A DNA stretch of 42,925 nucleotides from a virus. The first letter of the stretch is position 1. The number at the start of each line of letters is the position of its first letter. The position numbers were made by a program, and so were the translations under genes. The stretch covers positions 1-42,925 of IMG/VR virus record IMGVR_UViG_3300037440_000117; one strand, 5' to 3'. The notes beneath the pieces were generated by a model, which searched no databases, was not told the origin of the DNA, and worked only from the letters and a program-made list of their open reading frames with translations. Below, one piece after another: positions 32,824-41,597 of the stretch.

Positions 32824-33035
32824 CCGTGGATCGTCGCACGCTCCGTGAACGGCGGTTTGTCGCGGCTGGCACGTGTCGGAAGTGCGGCGGGGAATTGAAG
32901 CCGAATCGGAAAGCCTGTCCGCGCTGCTTACGGATGAACGCTCGACGTTGCCGGCAGCGGTATCGACGGACCGACTATGGAACAAGGTTTACGGTGGCGT
33001 TAATACGAAAAGGACAACGCTCATGCGCGCTTTGA
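32820..33035 (+). CDS. Zinc-ribbon small protein
   Basis: Contains CRKCGG...CPRC. R-rich. Confidence 0.35.
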   Translation: MTVDRRTLRERRFVAAGTCRKCGGELKPNRKACPRCLRMNARRCRQRYRRTDYGTRFTVALIRKGQRSCAL

Positions 33036-33093
33036 CCAGCCTCAGCTATCGCGCCGGAGAATCCGACCAACGCGCTGACCACCGAGGCGGTTC

Positions 33094-33819
33094 GTGACGC
33101 CCTATTACGAGCAAGACGGGATCACGATCTACCACGGGGATTGCCGTGAGGTGCTAGATGCCGTTCGTCCGTACTACGATGCGGTTGTAAGCGATCCGCC
33201 GTGGGGAACAGATACAGCGTGCGACTCAAAGCGATTCACCCGCAAGGCTTCTCCATTTTGGGCGAACGTCGATAACTCCAAAGTCCGCACGCACAAGCAG
33301 ATTGCCAACGACGAGCAGCCTTTCGCGTTTCTGTCATGGGTGCATTCCCCTGAGCGTTGGGTTGATGGTTCTGCGATTCTGTGGGGCGCGAACAATTTCT
33401 GCACTGAATTACCAATCTCAAACGGTTGGCTGATTTGGGATAAGCGCAAGGGCGCCGAGGATATGGCTGAGAAGGGTTGGCCGCTCGGCGAGGCCGAACT
33501 GGCGTGGACGAACATCATCGGAGCCACGCGGGTATTTCGAAATCTATGGTCTGGGCTGTTGCGCTCGTCCGAAAAGGGTGAATTCTACCATCCAACCCAG
33601 AAGCCGATTGCGTTAATGGAGTGGTCGCTGTCGTTTCTCCCTAAAGAGGATCGCGTGATTCTCGATCCGTTTATGGGCGCTGGCTCGACGCTGATCGCGG
33701 CCAAAAGACTCGGCTTACAGGCTATCGGCATCGAGCTTGAGGAAGTGTATTGCGAACGAGCCGCAAAGCGACTATCGCAACCAGTAGACGGGAAGCTTCC
33801 GATGGAGTTCTCCGCATGA
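33094..33819 (+). CDS. DNA methyltransferase (N6_N4_Mtase, beta class; canonical DPPW)
   Basis: Contains VVSDPPWG (motif IV), YHPTQKP and LDPFMGAGSTLIAAKRLG (motif I). Confidence 0.85.
   Translation: MTPYYEQDGITIYHGDCREVLDAVRPYYDAVVSDPPWGTDTACDSKRFTRKASPFWANVDNSKVRTHKQIANDEQPFAFLSWVHSPERWVDGSAILWGANNFCTELPISNGWLIWDKRKGAEDMAEKGWPLGEAELAWTNIIGATRVFRNLWSGLLRSSEKGEFYHPTQKPIALMEWSLSFLPKEDRVILDPFMGAGSTLIAAKRLGLQAIGIELEEVYCERAAKRLSQPVDGKLPMEFSA
33103..33137. repeat. 35-bp exact repeat shared by the 5' ends of the two methyltransferase genes (copy 1)
   Basis: tattacgagcaagacgggatcacgatctaccacgg is identical to 36492..36526. Confidence 0.9.
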
Positions 33820-33895
33820 CACACGAACGGCGTGCGATAGCTGTAGAACGTGCGGAATTGTTGAGCGGTGACGACCACCGTGAGCGGGTAGCGAA

Positions 33896-34039
33896 ATGAT
33901 TCTGATCGTCCTCGGCTCATTCGTCCTGTTCGGCTTGTTCTGTGGAGGGGTGTACGCAAGGTGGAAGTTCCACGAAGAAGCCAAGGCGGATCAACGCGAG
34001 CGTGATCGTTTGCGTCTCCAGCAGGCGGCGGTGAACTAG
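33896..34039 (+). CDS. Possible 47-aa single-TM peptide
   Basis: MILIVLGSFVLFGLFCGGVYARWKF... It is coupled (ATGA) to a 27-aa mini-ORF (33816..33899), which in turn overlaps the MTase stop. Confidence 0.3.
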   Translation: MILIVLGSFVLFGLFCGGVYARWKFHEEAKADQRERDRLRLQQAAVN

Positions 34040-34170
34040 CCCCCGAAGGATCAGGGGACACATTCTCAACCGTGGCGCAATAGACGAGTGAGTTAATAGC
34101 GCTGCGCTCGCGGTGGGCGCAAACGATACCGGACCTAGGTAGACCGAGAGAAGTTTGAGGGAGAGAACCA

Positions 34171-34515
34171 ATGGCGTGGACAAAGTTGGAACCCTATAAA
34201 GGTCAAGTGCATCACGGGTGCCTGAATTGCGGCGGCACTCACGATGTTGCGCCGATGGACATGGTGATCGGCGTCGGATTCGGCTCTGCCGTGGCGACCA
34301 AGGACGGCCAGATCGTTTACGACGAAATGGACGTGATGCGTGGTGGTGGTGATTTCGATGACCTTGCCACGCTTGAGCAGATCGAAGCGATGGCCTTGGC
34401 CGATCCCGATCACGATTGGCGCGTGGAACTTAATGGGCCGCTTCGCGGGCGCTCGTATCAGCGTCACGATACCGCGCACTGGGTGTTGATTAAATCAAAT
34501 CAGGGCTTCGCATGA
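34171..34515 (+). CDS. Hypothetical protein
   Basis: 114 aa, preceded by GAGGGAGAG. Confidence 0.45.
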   Translation: MAWTKLEPYKGQVHHGCLNCGGTHDVAPMDMVIGVGFGSAVATKDGQIVYDEMDVMRGGGDFDDLATLEQIEAMALADPDHDWRVELNGPLRGRSYQRHDTAHWVLIKSNQGFA

Positions 34516-35183
34516 GGCTTTATCACTACTGTTGCGAACACACACGGAACGCGGTCGGTCGGCGCGGGTTACTAATTCCACAGCCGCAACCAGTGCTAAA
34601 CGGCTTGCGGCTCTTATGGCTCACTAACCAAGAAGAACCAGACCGAGAGGGGTTGGGGCTTACCTCTCAGATTCTAGCCTGTGACCGCTTGCAGTACCGC
34701 TACATCGTGGAAACTGAGAAGGCGAAACACTACGCCGACATAGTTGCTGATGCGCCATTCGTCGGGCGGATGATGCTCGAAGCGGCAAAGGGTGCGCGTC
34801 CTGAGTTGTGGTGGGTTGTTCGAAGCGCGGTGACTGGCGAGCTAGACCGCAATTACGTATTCGCGGGCGGCAACCAATCGTCGATGGAACCTGCAAAGGC
34901 GACCTCCGCGAAGCGAAATGATCCACATTCACCATCTACAACAATGGCGGGAGCGGAGGAAGGTGTCATGACGAAGGATCAGAAGGATGGCGCAGGGCTC
35001 ATCCATCAAGCGATACCGGATGTAGTTGAGACCGAGCCGCGTTTGAGCCGAAAAGATCGCGAGGCGGCGATAGAAGCGGCCTTCGCGGCTGGAAACCGGA
35101 CGAGTCACAATAGGGCGCTCGCGTTGCAATACGTGGACGACGCTCGACGGCTACTTAAGCTCCCCCTTATGAAGGAGAAATAA
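34512..35183 (+). CDS. Hypothetical protein
   Basis: 223 aa, ATGA overlap. Confidence 0.45.
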   Translation: MRLYHYCCEHTRNAVGRRGLLIPQPQPVLNGLRLLWLTNQEEPDREGLGLTSQILACDRLQYRYIVETEKAKHYADIVADAPFVGRMMLEAAKGARPELWWVVRSAVTGELDRNYVFAGGNQSSMEPAKATSAKRNDPHSPSTTMAGAEEGVMTKDQKDGAGLIHQAIPDVVETEPRLSRKDREAAIEAAFAAGNRTSHNRALALQYVDDARRLLKLPLMKEK

Positions 35184-35184
35184 C

Positions 35185-35811
35185 ATGGCAGCATTGCCGA
35201 CGATGGGCGGCGATCACGGCGATTTCGCGGCGCAACCTACGGCTGAACAGAAGCAACGCTATGCGCTCCGTCAGTGCTACCTGCTAGCTATTCGCGAGGC
35301 GCGGCGCGAGCAAAAGGCTGATAACTCTCGGAGTAGCACTTGGAACCACATCATCCGGTTCTGTAAGGACGCCGACGTGGACGGCAATATCTGCGGCGGT
35401 AGCGTACTGCGCCAGAGTTCGGGCGACCGTGAATCTAAGTCGCGTCCGAACAGCGTGCTAGCCGAGTTTATCGAAGACCCCTATGCCTCTGGGTGTTTTG
35501 AGAACCTTGGCTGTCAGGGACTACGAGAGGACGTATATAACGAACTACTGAGGGTTGCGGCAGACAAGCACGTCAGCGTTTACTACCTAGCGGCCATCTA
35601 CAAGCGGGGGCACGCTGATGCGCTCGCTTCCGAAGAAGACGACGGTTCCTATCTGTGGGAGCGGTGCTACGCATGCGGGCATCGGCTGGTGTTGGCCTCC
35701 GATAGCTGCCCGCAATGCGGCATTCACTTCAAGGACGGCGACGATCCACCCAATTGGCCCGAGACGTGCGAGTGCGACCGATGCACGGAGGCGCGTAATG
35801 CCGAAGGTTAA
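35185..35811 (+). CDS. Hypothetical protein with C-terminal zinc ribbon
   Basis: 208 aa. Contains CYACGHRLVLASDSCPQCG...CECDRC. Confidence 0.45.
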   Translation: MAALPTMGGDHGDFAAQPTAEQKQRYALRQCYLLAIREARREQKADNSRSSTWNHIIRFCKDADVDGNICGGSVLRQSSGDRESKSRPNSVLAEFIEDPYASGCFENLGCQGLREDVYNELLRVAADKHVSVYYLAAIYKRGHADALASEEDDGSYLWERCYACGHRLVLASDSCPQCGIHFKDGDDPPNWPETCECDRCTEARNAEG

Positions 35812-36055
35812 TTACGAAGAGCGTTTCTACGTGGCGCTGAAGCGCATTACATCCTATATGACGCCAGCGCAGTTGCGGCGCGCTGCCGAGCGGCAATACG
35901 GCCTTGATCACGCGGAAGCCTTGGAGATGGCCTATGAGAACGTGATCGGCGAAGCAAAGCACGCGCTACGCGGCTATCGAAAACCCAAGGTCGGCTCTCA
36001 CGGTAACTCGCCACTCAGCGAAGCGAGCCCTTCGACACAGAGCGAAGCGCCATGA
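35798..36055 (+). CDS. Hypothetical protein
   Basis: Track ORF trimmed to ATG 35798. Confidence 0.35.
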   Translation: MPKVNYEERFYVALKRITSYMTPAQLRRAAERQYGLDHAEALEMAYENVIGEAKHALRGYRKPKVGSHGNSPLSEASPSTQSEAP

Positions 36056-36279
36056 GCTTTCTCCGTCGTCTCTGGACCGCCTGCCTCGAACATGACGACT
36101 ACCGCGAGCGCGACGGGCAGGGAAGGCTCGAGCTTGTCTGCAGGACGTGTGGTGATCGCCGGCACGTCTTAGAGGGGGAGATGCTGAAAGGACCGCAGTA
36201 CGAGCAGCACCAGGATTTAGGCACGTGTACGACGAAGGCCCGGAAGGCGATGCCGATGATTGGGAGGAAACGGGCGTAG
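36052..36279 (+). CDS. Hypothetical small protein
   Basis: 75 aa, ATGA overlap. Confidence 0.35.
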   Translation: MSFLRRLWTACLEHDDYRERDGQGRLELVCRTCGDRRHVLEGEMLKGPQYEQHQDLGTCTTKARKAMPMIGRKRA

Positions 36280-36482
36280 AGATGAATGATTTGGGAGCGC
36301 ATCCGCGCCACGGAGGCCGATGCATTCTCCGGTGTAGTTCTTACAGGTCAGCTATCGCACGACGAGGAATCATCCAGTCCTGCCGCGGTAACGGTGGGGC
36401 GAGTATCGCGGCCGATGGTTACGGGTTTCTAGATAAACCGCAAACGTCACGTCGCCCCTGACTGGAGCTTTGAGAGCCACGA

Positions 36483-37172
36483 ATGAAGCCATATTACGAG
36501 CAAGACGGGATCACGATCTACCACGGTGACGCCCGAGAGGTATTGCCGACGATCCAGCAGCCGGAGAGCTGCATCACTGATCCCGTGTGGCCGAATTCGG
36601 TGTTTCCGAACGTGCCCGATCCGATGCTCCTGTTCGCGCAGACGGTGCGGCTGCTCACCGTCAAACGTCTAGTCGTGCATCTGGGCTGCACAAGCGATCC
36701 GCGTTTTCTCGGTTCGGTGGGCGATGACCGTTTCCCGTTCGTTCGAGTTTGCTGGTTGCGCTATGCGCGGCCGTCCTATCGCGGCCGGATTCTGGTCGGC
36801 TCGGACGTGGCGTACGTGTTCGGAGAGGTGCCGCCGTCTCGTAAGGGCGCGCACGTCCTGAGCGGCGAAGTCGTCGCCAGTAACAACCGGACAAAGTTAC
36901 AACACACCCAGCGCGGCACGGGGCAGTTAGAAGATGTTGATTACGACGCAATGCCACATCCCAGCCCGAGGCGCTACGAGCACGTCGCGTGGCTTGTTGG
37001 CATCTATGGCCTTGGCGGCGTGATTGATCCGTTCTGCGGCACGGGAACCACGCTAGAAGCTGCTCAGCGCGCAGGGATTGCGGCCGTGGGAATCGAGATC
37101 GAGGAAGCGTATTGCGAGATCGCGGCGAAGCGTCTAATTCAGCGGACGCTTCCGATTGAGGCAACGGCATGA
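36483..37172 (+). CDS. Divergent DNA methyltransferase paralog (motif IV is DPVW)
   Basis: The N- and C-termini parallel the 33094 gene (MKPYYEQDGITIYHGDAREVL, IDPFCGTGTTLEAAQRAGIAAVGIEIEEAYCEIAAKRL). The catalytic loop reads CITDPVWP, and HPSPRR replaces HPTQKP. Confidence 0.6.
   Translation: MKPYYEQDGITIYHGDAREVLPTIQQPESCITDPVWPNSVFPNVPDPMLLFAQTVRLLTVKRLVVHLGCTSDPRFLGSVGDDRFPFVRVCWLRYARPSYRGRILVGSDVAYVFGEVPPSRKGAHVLSGEVVASNNRTKLQHTQRGTGQLEDVDYDAMPHPSPRRYEHVAWLVGIYGLGGVIDPFCGTGTTLEAAQRAGIAAVGIEIEEAYCEIAAKRLIQRTLPIEATA
36492..36526. repeat. 35-bp exact repeat shared by the two methyltransferase genes (copy 2)
   Basis: Identical to 33103..33137. Confidence 0.9.
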
Positions 37173-37276
37173 CGGTGGTCGGGCACGTCGCATCACTCTG
37201 CGTAATTGTCGAGCGTTTGACCGATGAGCGTTTAGCGCAAGAAAAGAAACCATCAATTTTCAACGGTAATTCTTCT

Positions 37277-37675
37277 ATGACCCCGATCCAGCAGGCGAGA
37301 GAGAACGTCCAGGCACCGACGCTCGAAGAGATTGAACGGGCGCTGTTGAACTTCGATAAGGCCGTAGACGCTGAAGACGTGTTGGCGGGGACGGTTCACG
37401 CGGCGGTCTGCACGGCCATGCTGCAACGTGTGGCGAACGCCCTCCGTTCCGGCTCCGCGCTGCTGTCGCGGGAGGATCGGGACTGGCAACCGATTGAGAC
37501 GGCGCCGAAGGGGCAACTAGTAATCGTGTATTTTCGGGAAGGCGGGACCACGACGCGGCGGCTGTGCGCGACGAGCTGGGATAACCATGTCTGCTGGCGC
37601 GACGTTCTCGGGAACCCAGGATCAACGCCGACCCACTGGATGCCGCTCCCTGCTCCCCCGAAAGGCACCCCATGA
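37277..37675 (+). CDS. DUF551-like protein
   Basis: The C-terminal WQPIETAPKGQLVIVYF...PTHWMPLPAPP is the DUF551 signature. The start may be ATG 37169 (ATGA overlap) or 37277. Confidence 0.5.
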   Translation: MTPIQQARENVQAPTLEEIERALLNFDKAVDAEDVLAGTVHAAVCTAMLQRVANALRSGSALLSREDRDWQPIETAPKGQLVIVYFREGGTTTRRLCATSWDNHVCWRDVLGNPGSTPTHWMPLPAPPKGTP

Positions 37676-38700
37676 TCCCCGATCCCGCCCGAGCGCAGAC
37701 CGTGGAACAGTTGTTCACAAGCCTTGATGATCTCGCTATCGAAATGGATCAGCGGCAGAACTCTGGCGAGTTTCCTCTGTTGTGTATCAAGCAACGGCAA
37801 TTACGAGCCGCCCTGATCACCGCCCTCCGCGTGTCACGAGAGGACGAAAAGAAGGTCGACGAAACGGGCGGTTTCAGCCCAGATAACGGTAGTAAACGCC
37901 AATCCGACAACAAGTTAACACTGTCGACGGATTGGTTGCCTTCCCGTCTCCGCGCCCATCGTGCGATGCGCCTCTACGAGCCGAGTATGGAAGGCTACCA
38001 CGCGGCGGTCGCCGTCTATGAAGCGGCCTTCGGTGAATCGTCTCAGGAGGACGCCCTCGCCGCCGCCCCGCCGCCCGAGCCCTCCGGATCGGTGGAGGAC
38101 GCAAAGGCGGAACTACGTGGCCTCATCATGCAGTACGCGAACCTCTTCGACGTGGCCGATGCCGTGCCTGAGATGTTCGATACGGTCGAATTACACATGG
38201 ACGCAGCCGTAGATGCCCTCATCTCCGCCGTGCGAGCCGATGAACGCCAGACGCCGCCCGAGCCCTCCGGATCGGTGGAACCGACACGCGCTGAGATCGA
38301 GTGCGCCTTAGACGAGTTTCCCAACGGGGGAGCCCACCCTTACGTGCGTGCCGAACAATTACTGTGGCGGTTCCTTCATTTCTCTGCGGTGCGAGCGCAG
38401 CAGGCCGAGCAGCTTGTACGGCGCGCGTGTGCTTGTGCTGTTCCTGATCCCGTGATGCAGGCAGACGCCAAGTTCTATTGCCACCAGTGCAGCTTTGAGA
38501 CGGGCGCTAGACCGACACAGCTTGAGCCTGAAGCATGGCTGAGACGCGCCGAGGCGGCCGAAGCCCGACTCGCCCACCAGGAGACAGGACCGCCGGTGTT
38601 CGATCCCACGTCCCTGACCCCTGCCGAACGCAGCGCCCTGAATGAAACGACCACCGTGGAGCCGCGAACGTATCCGCCGTCCCCCTCGGAGGAGCCATGA
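37672..38700 (+). CDS. Hypothetical 342-aa protein with an internal duplication
   Basis: PPEPSGSVE followed by a helix occurs twice, 61 codons apart. CxxC near the C-terminus. Confidence 0.5.
   Translation: MIPDPARAQTVEQLFTSLDDLAIEMDQRQNSGEFPLLCIKQRQLRAALITALRVSREDEKKVDETGGFSPDNGSKRQSDNKLTLSTDWLPSRLRAHRAMRLYEPSMEGYHAAVAVYEAAFGESSQEDALAAAPPPEPSGSVEDAKAELRGLIMQYANLFDVADAVPEMFDTVELHMDAAVDALISAVRADERQTPPEPSGSVEPTRAEIECALDEFPNGGAHPYVRAEQLLWRFLHFSAVRAQQAEQLVRRACACAVPDPVMQADAKFYCHQCSFETGARPTQLEPEAWLRRAEAAEARLAHQETGPPVFDPTSLTPAERSALNETTTVEPRTYPPSPSEEP
38071..38096. repeat. 26-bp exact intragenic repeat, copy 1
   Basis: ccgcccgagccctccggatcggtgga is identical to 38254..38279 (183 bp apart, in frame). 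Confidence 0.9.
38254..38279. repeat. 26-bp exact intragenic repeat, copy 2
   Basis: Identical to 38071..38096. Confidence 0.9.
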
Positions 38701-38912
38701 GCGCATTACAGCCCTGCGAGAAGTATCTCGACATCTGGCGTGTGGGTGAGGAATGGCTCAAGGTTCCCGAAGGTGCGGTCTGCCCTCGCTGCGGGTACTT
38801 CCGAGAGGAACATGCTCCGGTGATCGGGACCGAGGATCACTCGGCTCAGCGAAGCGAGCGGTTGGCTTCGGAGCGCAGCGCCCAAGACCACACTCTCAAG
38901 TGGACACCGTGA
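38697..38912 (+). CDS. Small zinc-ribbon-like protein
   Basis: 71 aa, ATGA overlap. Contains C...CPRCG. Confidence 0.35.
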   Translation: MSALQPCEKYLDIWRVGEEWLKVPEGAVCPRCGYFREEHAPVIGTEDHSAQRSERLASERSAQDHTLKWTP

Positions 38913-39184
38913 TGACTAACGGCGCTCTCCGAGTCCGCCACTGGCGCGCACAGAAGACCGCGCGAGGCGAATGTCACGGGACAGGCTGCCATCGGGCGGC
39001 GGCGGGTTATTACTGCGATCGCTGCGCGCGAGCCCGATCCCCGCAGAATGCCGCGCATTTCCGATCCTGGTGGCTCACGGAGCGCTTTCTGGAGGTGATG
39101 GCCCTGTTAGCTGAGAATAAATGCGTGGTCTGCCATCAGCCTAAGGATCGGTTTCAGCCGTGGACGCATCGGGGCTGTAGATAG
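38912..39184 (+). CDS. Cys/His-rich small protein
   Basis: Trimmed to ATG 38912 (GTGATG over the previous stop). Contains CHGTGCH...CDRC...CVVCH. Confidence 0.35.
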   Translation: MTNGALRVRHWRAQKTARGECHGTGCHRAAAGYYCDRCARARSPQNAAHFRSWWLTERFLEVMALLAENKCVVCHQPKDRFQPWTHRGCR

Positions 39185-39194
39185 GAAAAGCCGC

Positions 39195-39521
39195 ATGACT
39201 GAGCGTTACTGTCCTAATTGTGGCGATAAACTCGATAACTTCACCGCGCAGCACGAACATGACATCGTGTGTCGGTGGCGGTATGCCGTTGAGCGCGGGA
39301 AGCTCGCGATGGAGCAGTCCAACGTGAGAATCAGGCAACTAATGGCCCTAGAAGATGTGGCGATGGCTCGCATTACCGAGTTGGAATCCACCCTCACGCG
39401 CATCGCGACTCACGAGTGCATGTGCTGTTCTGGAGATTGCTGCTGTGGATTCTTATTTCAGGGCTGGGCGAGAGCGGCGATTAAGACTCAGCAAAACTAC
39501 AGCAAGCCGTCAGCGTCGTGA
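39195..39521 (+). CDS. Zinc-ribbon plus coiled-coil protein with a dense Cys cluster (CMCCSGDCCCG)
   Basis: 108 aa. Contains CPNCG...HEHDIVC, then a heptad region, then HECMCCSGDCCCGFLF. Confidence 0.4.
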   Translation: MTERYCPNCGDKLDNFTAQHEHDIVCRWRYAVERGKLAMEQSNVRIRQLMALEDVAMARITELESTLTRIATHECMCCSGDCCCGFLFQGWARAAIKTQQNYSKPSAS

Positions 39522-39536
39522 GAAACTGAGGGCCGC

Positions 39537-39761
39537 ATGAGGTGGGCTCTCAAGCAAGCGAATCTCTTGTATCGAGAACCGTCGCGGGTTCAGGACTGGC
39601 CCGAGATCCTTCCCGGCGACATCTACGAATTCACCGATCCGCCATTCTATGAGGTGGACCCGCACACAAGAAAAACGAAGGCCACGCTTCAATGTTTTCG
39701 CGTATTAGACGAGCATCTACGACTGGACCCAATCGCGCGAGATAGCTGGAAACACATCTAA
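39537..39761 (+). CDS. Hypothetical protein
   Basis: 74-aa ORF, last gene before the terminase leader. Confidence 0.35.
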   Translation: MRWALKQANLLYREPSRVQDWPEILPGDIYEFTDPPFYEVDPHTRKTKATLQCFRVLDEHLRLDPIARDSWKHI

Positions 39762-39881
39762 CCGTACACATCACGTCATTCCGCCTCATCCTACTCTGGG
39801 ATGATCGCAGAGACTGGCTCCTGTCCACCTGACCCCGTACGGCCGGACGCCCCGCGCACCGTTACGGGCATGGCATAAAGT

Positions 39882-40157
39882 ATGCCTACTTCTGGCGCCT
39901 TCAAGAAGGGTGACGGCCGTCCTCGCAAGCCTAAGGGTGCGGTTAATAAGACGACTAAGAGCGCCAGAGAAGCCTTCGCCCTTGCCTTCGAGGGATGCGG
40001 CGGGTATACGAGCCTGACGGCCTGGGCGATCGCGAATCAAACCGACTTTTACAAACTCTACGCCCGCCTGATCCCAGTCGAGCACGTCGGCGCGGGCGGT
40101 GAAGGCCCGATTTCGACCATCGTGCGGCATGTCTACGAATCCGAGAAACAGGCCTAA
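39882..40157 (+). CDS. Terminase small subunit (candidate)
   Basis: 91 aa directly upstream of the large terminase. The N-terminal FKKGDGRPRKPKGAVNKTTKSAREAF matches the common GxxGRPKG-type small-terminase/DUF5681 N-terminus. Confidence 0.5.
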   Translation: MPTSGAFKKGDGRPRKPKGAVNKTTKSAREAFALAFEGCGGYTSLTAWAIANQTDFYKLYARLIPVEHVGAGGEGPISTIVRHVYESEKQA

Positions 40158-40166
40158 AAATGCGAA

Positions 40167-41597
40167 GTGTCCATCGTGGAGTATCGCATGGCTGAGCGCG
40201 TCTTAGAGATGCGGTGGCGCGGCCCGATTGCGGACTTCCTACGAGATGAGACGCCGGAGATCGATCTTGAGGGTGCCCTGTCCAGCGGGAAGACGACGGC
40301 CTGTCTCTGGAAGGTCTTCAACAGCCTGCACGATAAGTTAGGGATTCATTGGTGGATTGGTCGCTACGGCGACGGCGAGACGCAAACAAAGGTACGCCCG
40401 GCGTTTGAGCAGATTTGCCAGCAGGCCGGCAGTATCCCGGCGTGGAATGCAAAGGAACTTGCCTATGATTTCTCGAACGGATCAAAATGTTACGCCTACG
40501 GTCTGAAGTCACCTGATGCCTTGAGTCGCTATTCCAAGATGCGCGGCATGGGCGTGGCGGGGATTTACAACGACCAGACCGAGGAGTTACCAGAGGACTT
40601 TAGCTTAGAGCTTCGCCTAAGACTCCGGCAACCTGGTTTCCCGCATCAGTTGATCTTCAGTCCGAACCCGCCGAACGTGACGCATTGGCTGGCGCAGCAG
40701 TTCCCTACGGATAACCGCTTTCCCGGTCGGAAGTATTACGCGATTTCGATCCACGATAACGCGCACAACCTGCCGGCGGCGCTATTGGCCTCTGCCCTGA
40801 TGGCCTATCCGCCTGAGCACGCGAAGCACCGGAGCGTGATTCTCGGGCTCCGCGGCATGAACGTGATGGGTGAGCCGGTCTATAAGGGCGCGTTCATTCG
40901 GGCGGTGCATGAGATTCCGGTGGCCTACGCGCCGCAACTCGCGCTGGAGATGGCGCTTGATTTCGGCAAGCACCATCCGTGTGTGATCTTCCGGCAAGTC
41001 TCACCGCTTGGTCAGGTCCGGTTCCTTGGGGGCATTCTCGGCCAGCACCTCTACCTGGATGACTTTATCGACATTGCGTTGACCCATCGGAGCCAGTGGT
41101 TTCCGAATCCGATCGAGGTGAAGGAGTGCTGTGATCCAGCCGGCGCCGCGGATACGTCACACGGGACAGAAGGCGCGGTGAAGACTCTTAGGGCGAAGGG
41201 CGTGCGGCCCGTCTCGGTGCCTGACAGTAATTCGCCCGCGGTGCGGCTGTCGATGATCGAGCGCATGGCCTCGCAGATGCGGAAGCGCGCGGCGGATCGG
41301 TCCGAAGCGTTCGTGGTGAACTCAGACAGTGAGCGATGGTTGACCATTTCGGAACAGTCCACCGTGCCGGATCGGTTCCTCGCGGATGGCTTTGAAGCGG
41401 GCTACGTGTGGGACGAGCACATGGTGAGCGTGGGCAACAAACAGGTACGGAAGGCGCGCAAAGACGGCTGGTATGAGCACGGCCAGAACTGCGCGGAGTA
41501 TCTCGAGTTGAATTTTGGGAACGAGCCGTTCAAGAAGAAGACGAGACCGCAATCGCGTGTGCCGATGCCGCGTGGCGAGATGAGTTGGGCCGGATGA
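40167..41597 (+). CDS. terL: Terminase large subunit
   Basis: 476 aa. Walker A-like LEGALSSGKTTA. Sits upstream of the portal. The alternative start ATG 40188 has GGAG 7 nt upstream. Confidence 0.75.
   Translation: MSIVEYRMAERVLEMRWRGPIADFLRDETPEIDLEGALSSGKTTACLWKVFNSLHDKLGIHWWIGRYGDGETQTKVRPAFEQICQQAGSIPAWNAKELAYDFSNGSKCYAYGLKSPDALSRYSKMRGMGVAGIYNDQTEELPEDFSLELRLRLRQPGFPHQLIFSPNPPNVTHWLAQQFPTDNRFPGRKYYAISIHDNAHNLPAALLASALMAYPPEHAKHRSVILGLRGMNVMGEPVYKGAFIRAVHEIPVAYAPQLALEMALDFGKHHPCVIFRQVSPLGQVRFLGGILGQHLYLDDFIDIALTHRSQWFPNPIEVKECCDPAGAADTSHGTEGAVKTLRAKGVRPVSVPDSNSPAVRLSMIERMASQMRKRAADRSEAFVVNSDSERWLTISEQSTVPDRFLADGFEAGYVWDEHMVSVGNKQVRKARKDGWYEHGQNCAEYLELNFGNEPFKKKTRPQSRVPMPRGEMSWAG

Noticed and set aside
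36282-36461. 59-aa ORF (MNDLGAHPRHGGRC...) filling the 200-bp gap upstream of the second methyltransferase.
   Set aside because: Third-position GC is only about half. There is no clear RBS and no motif. I left it unannotated as a possible non-coding leader.
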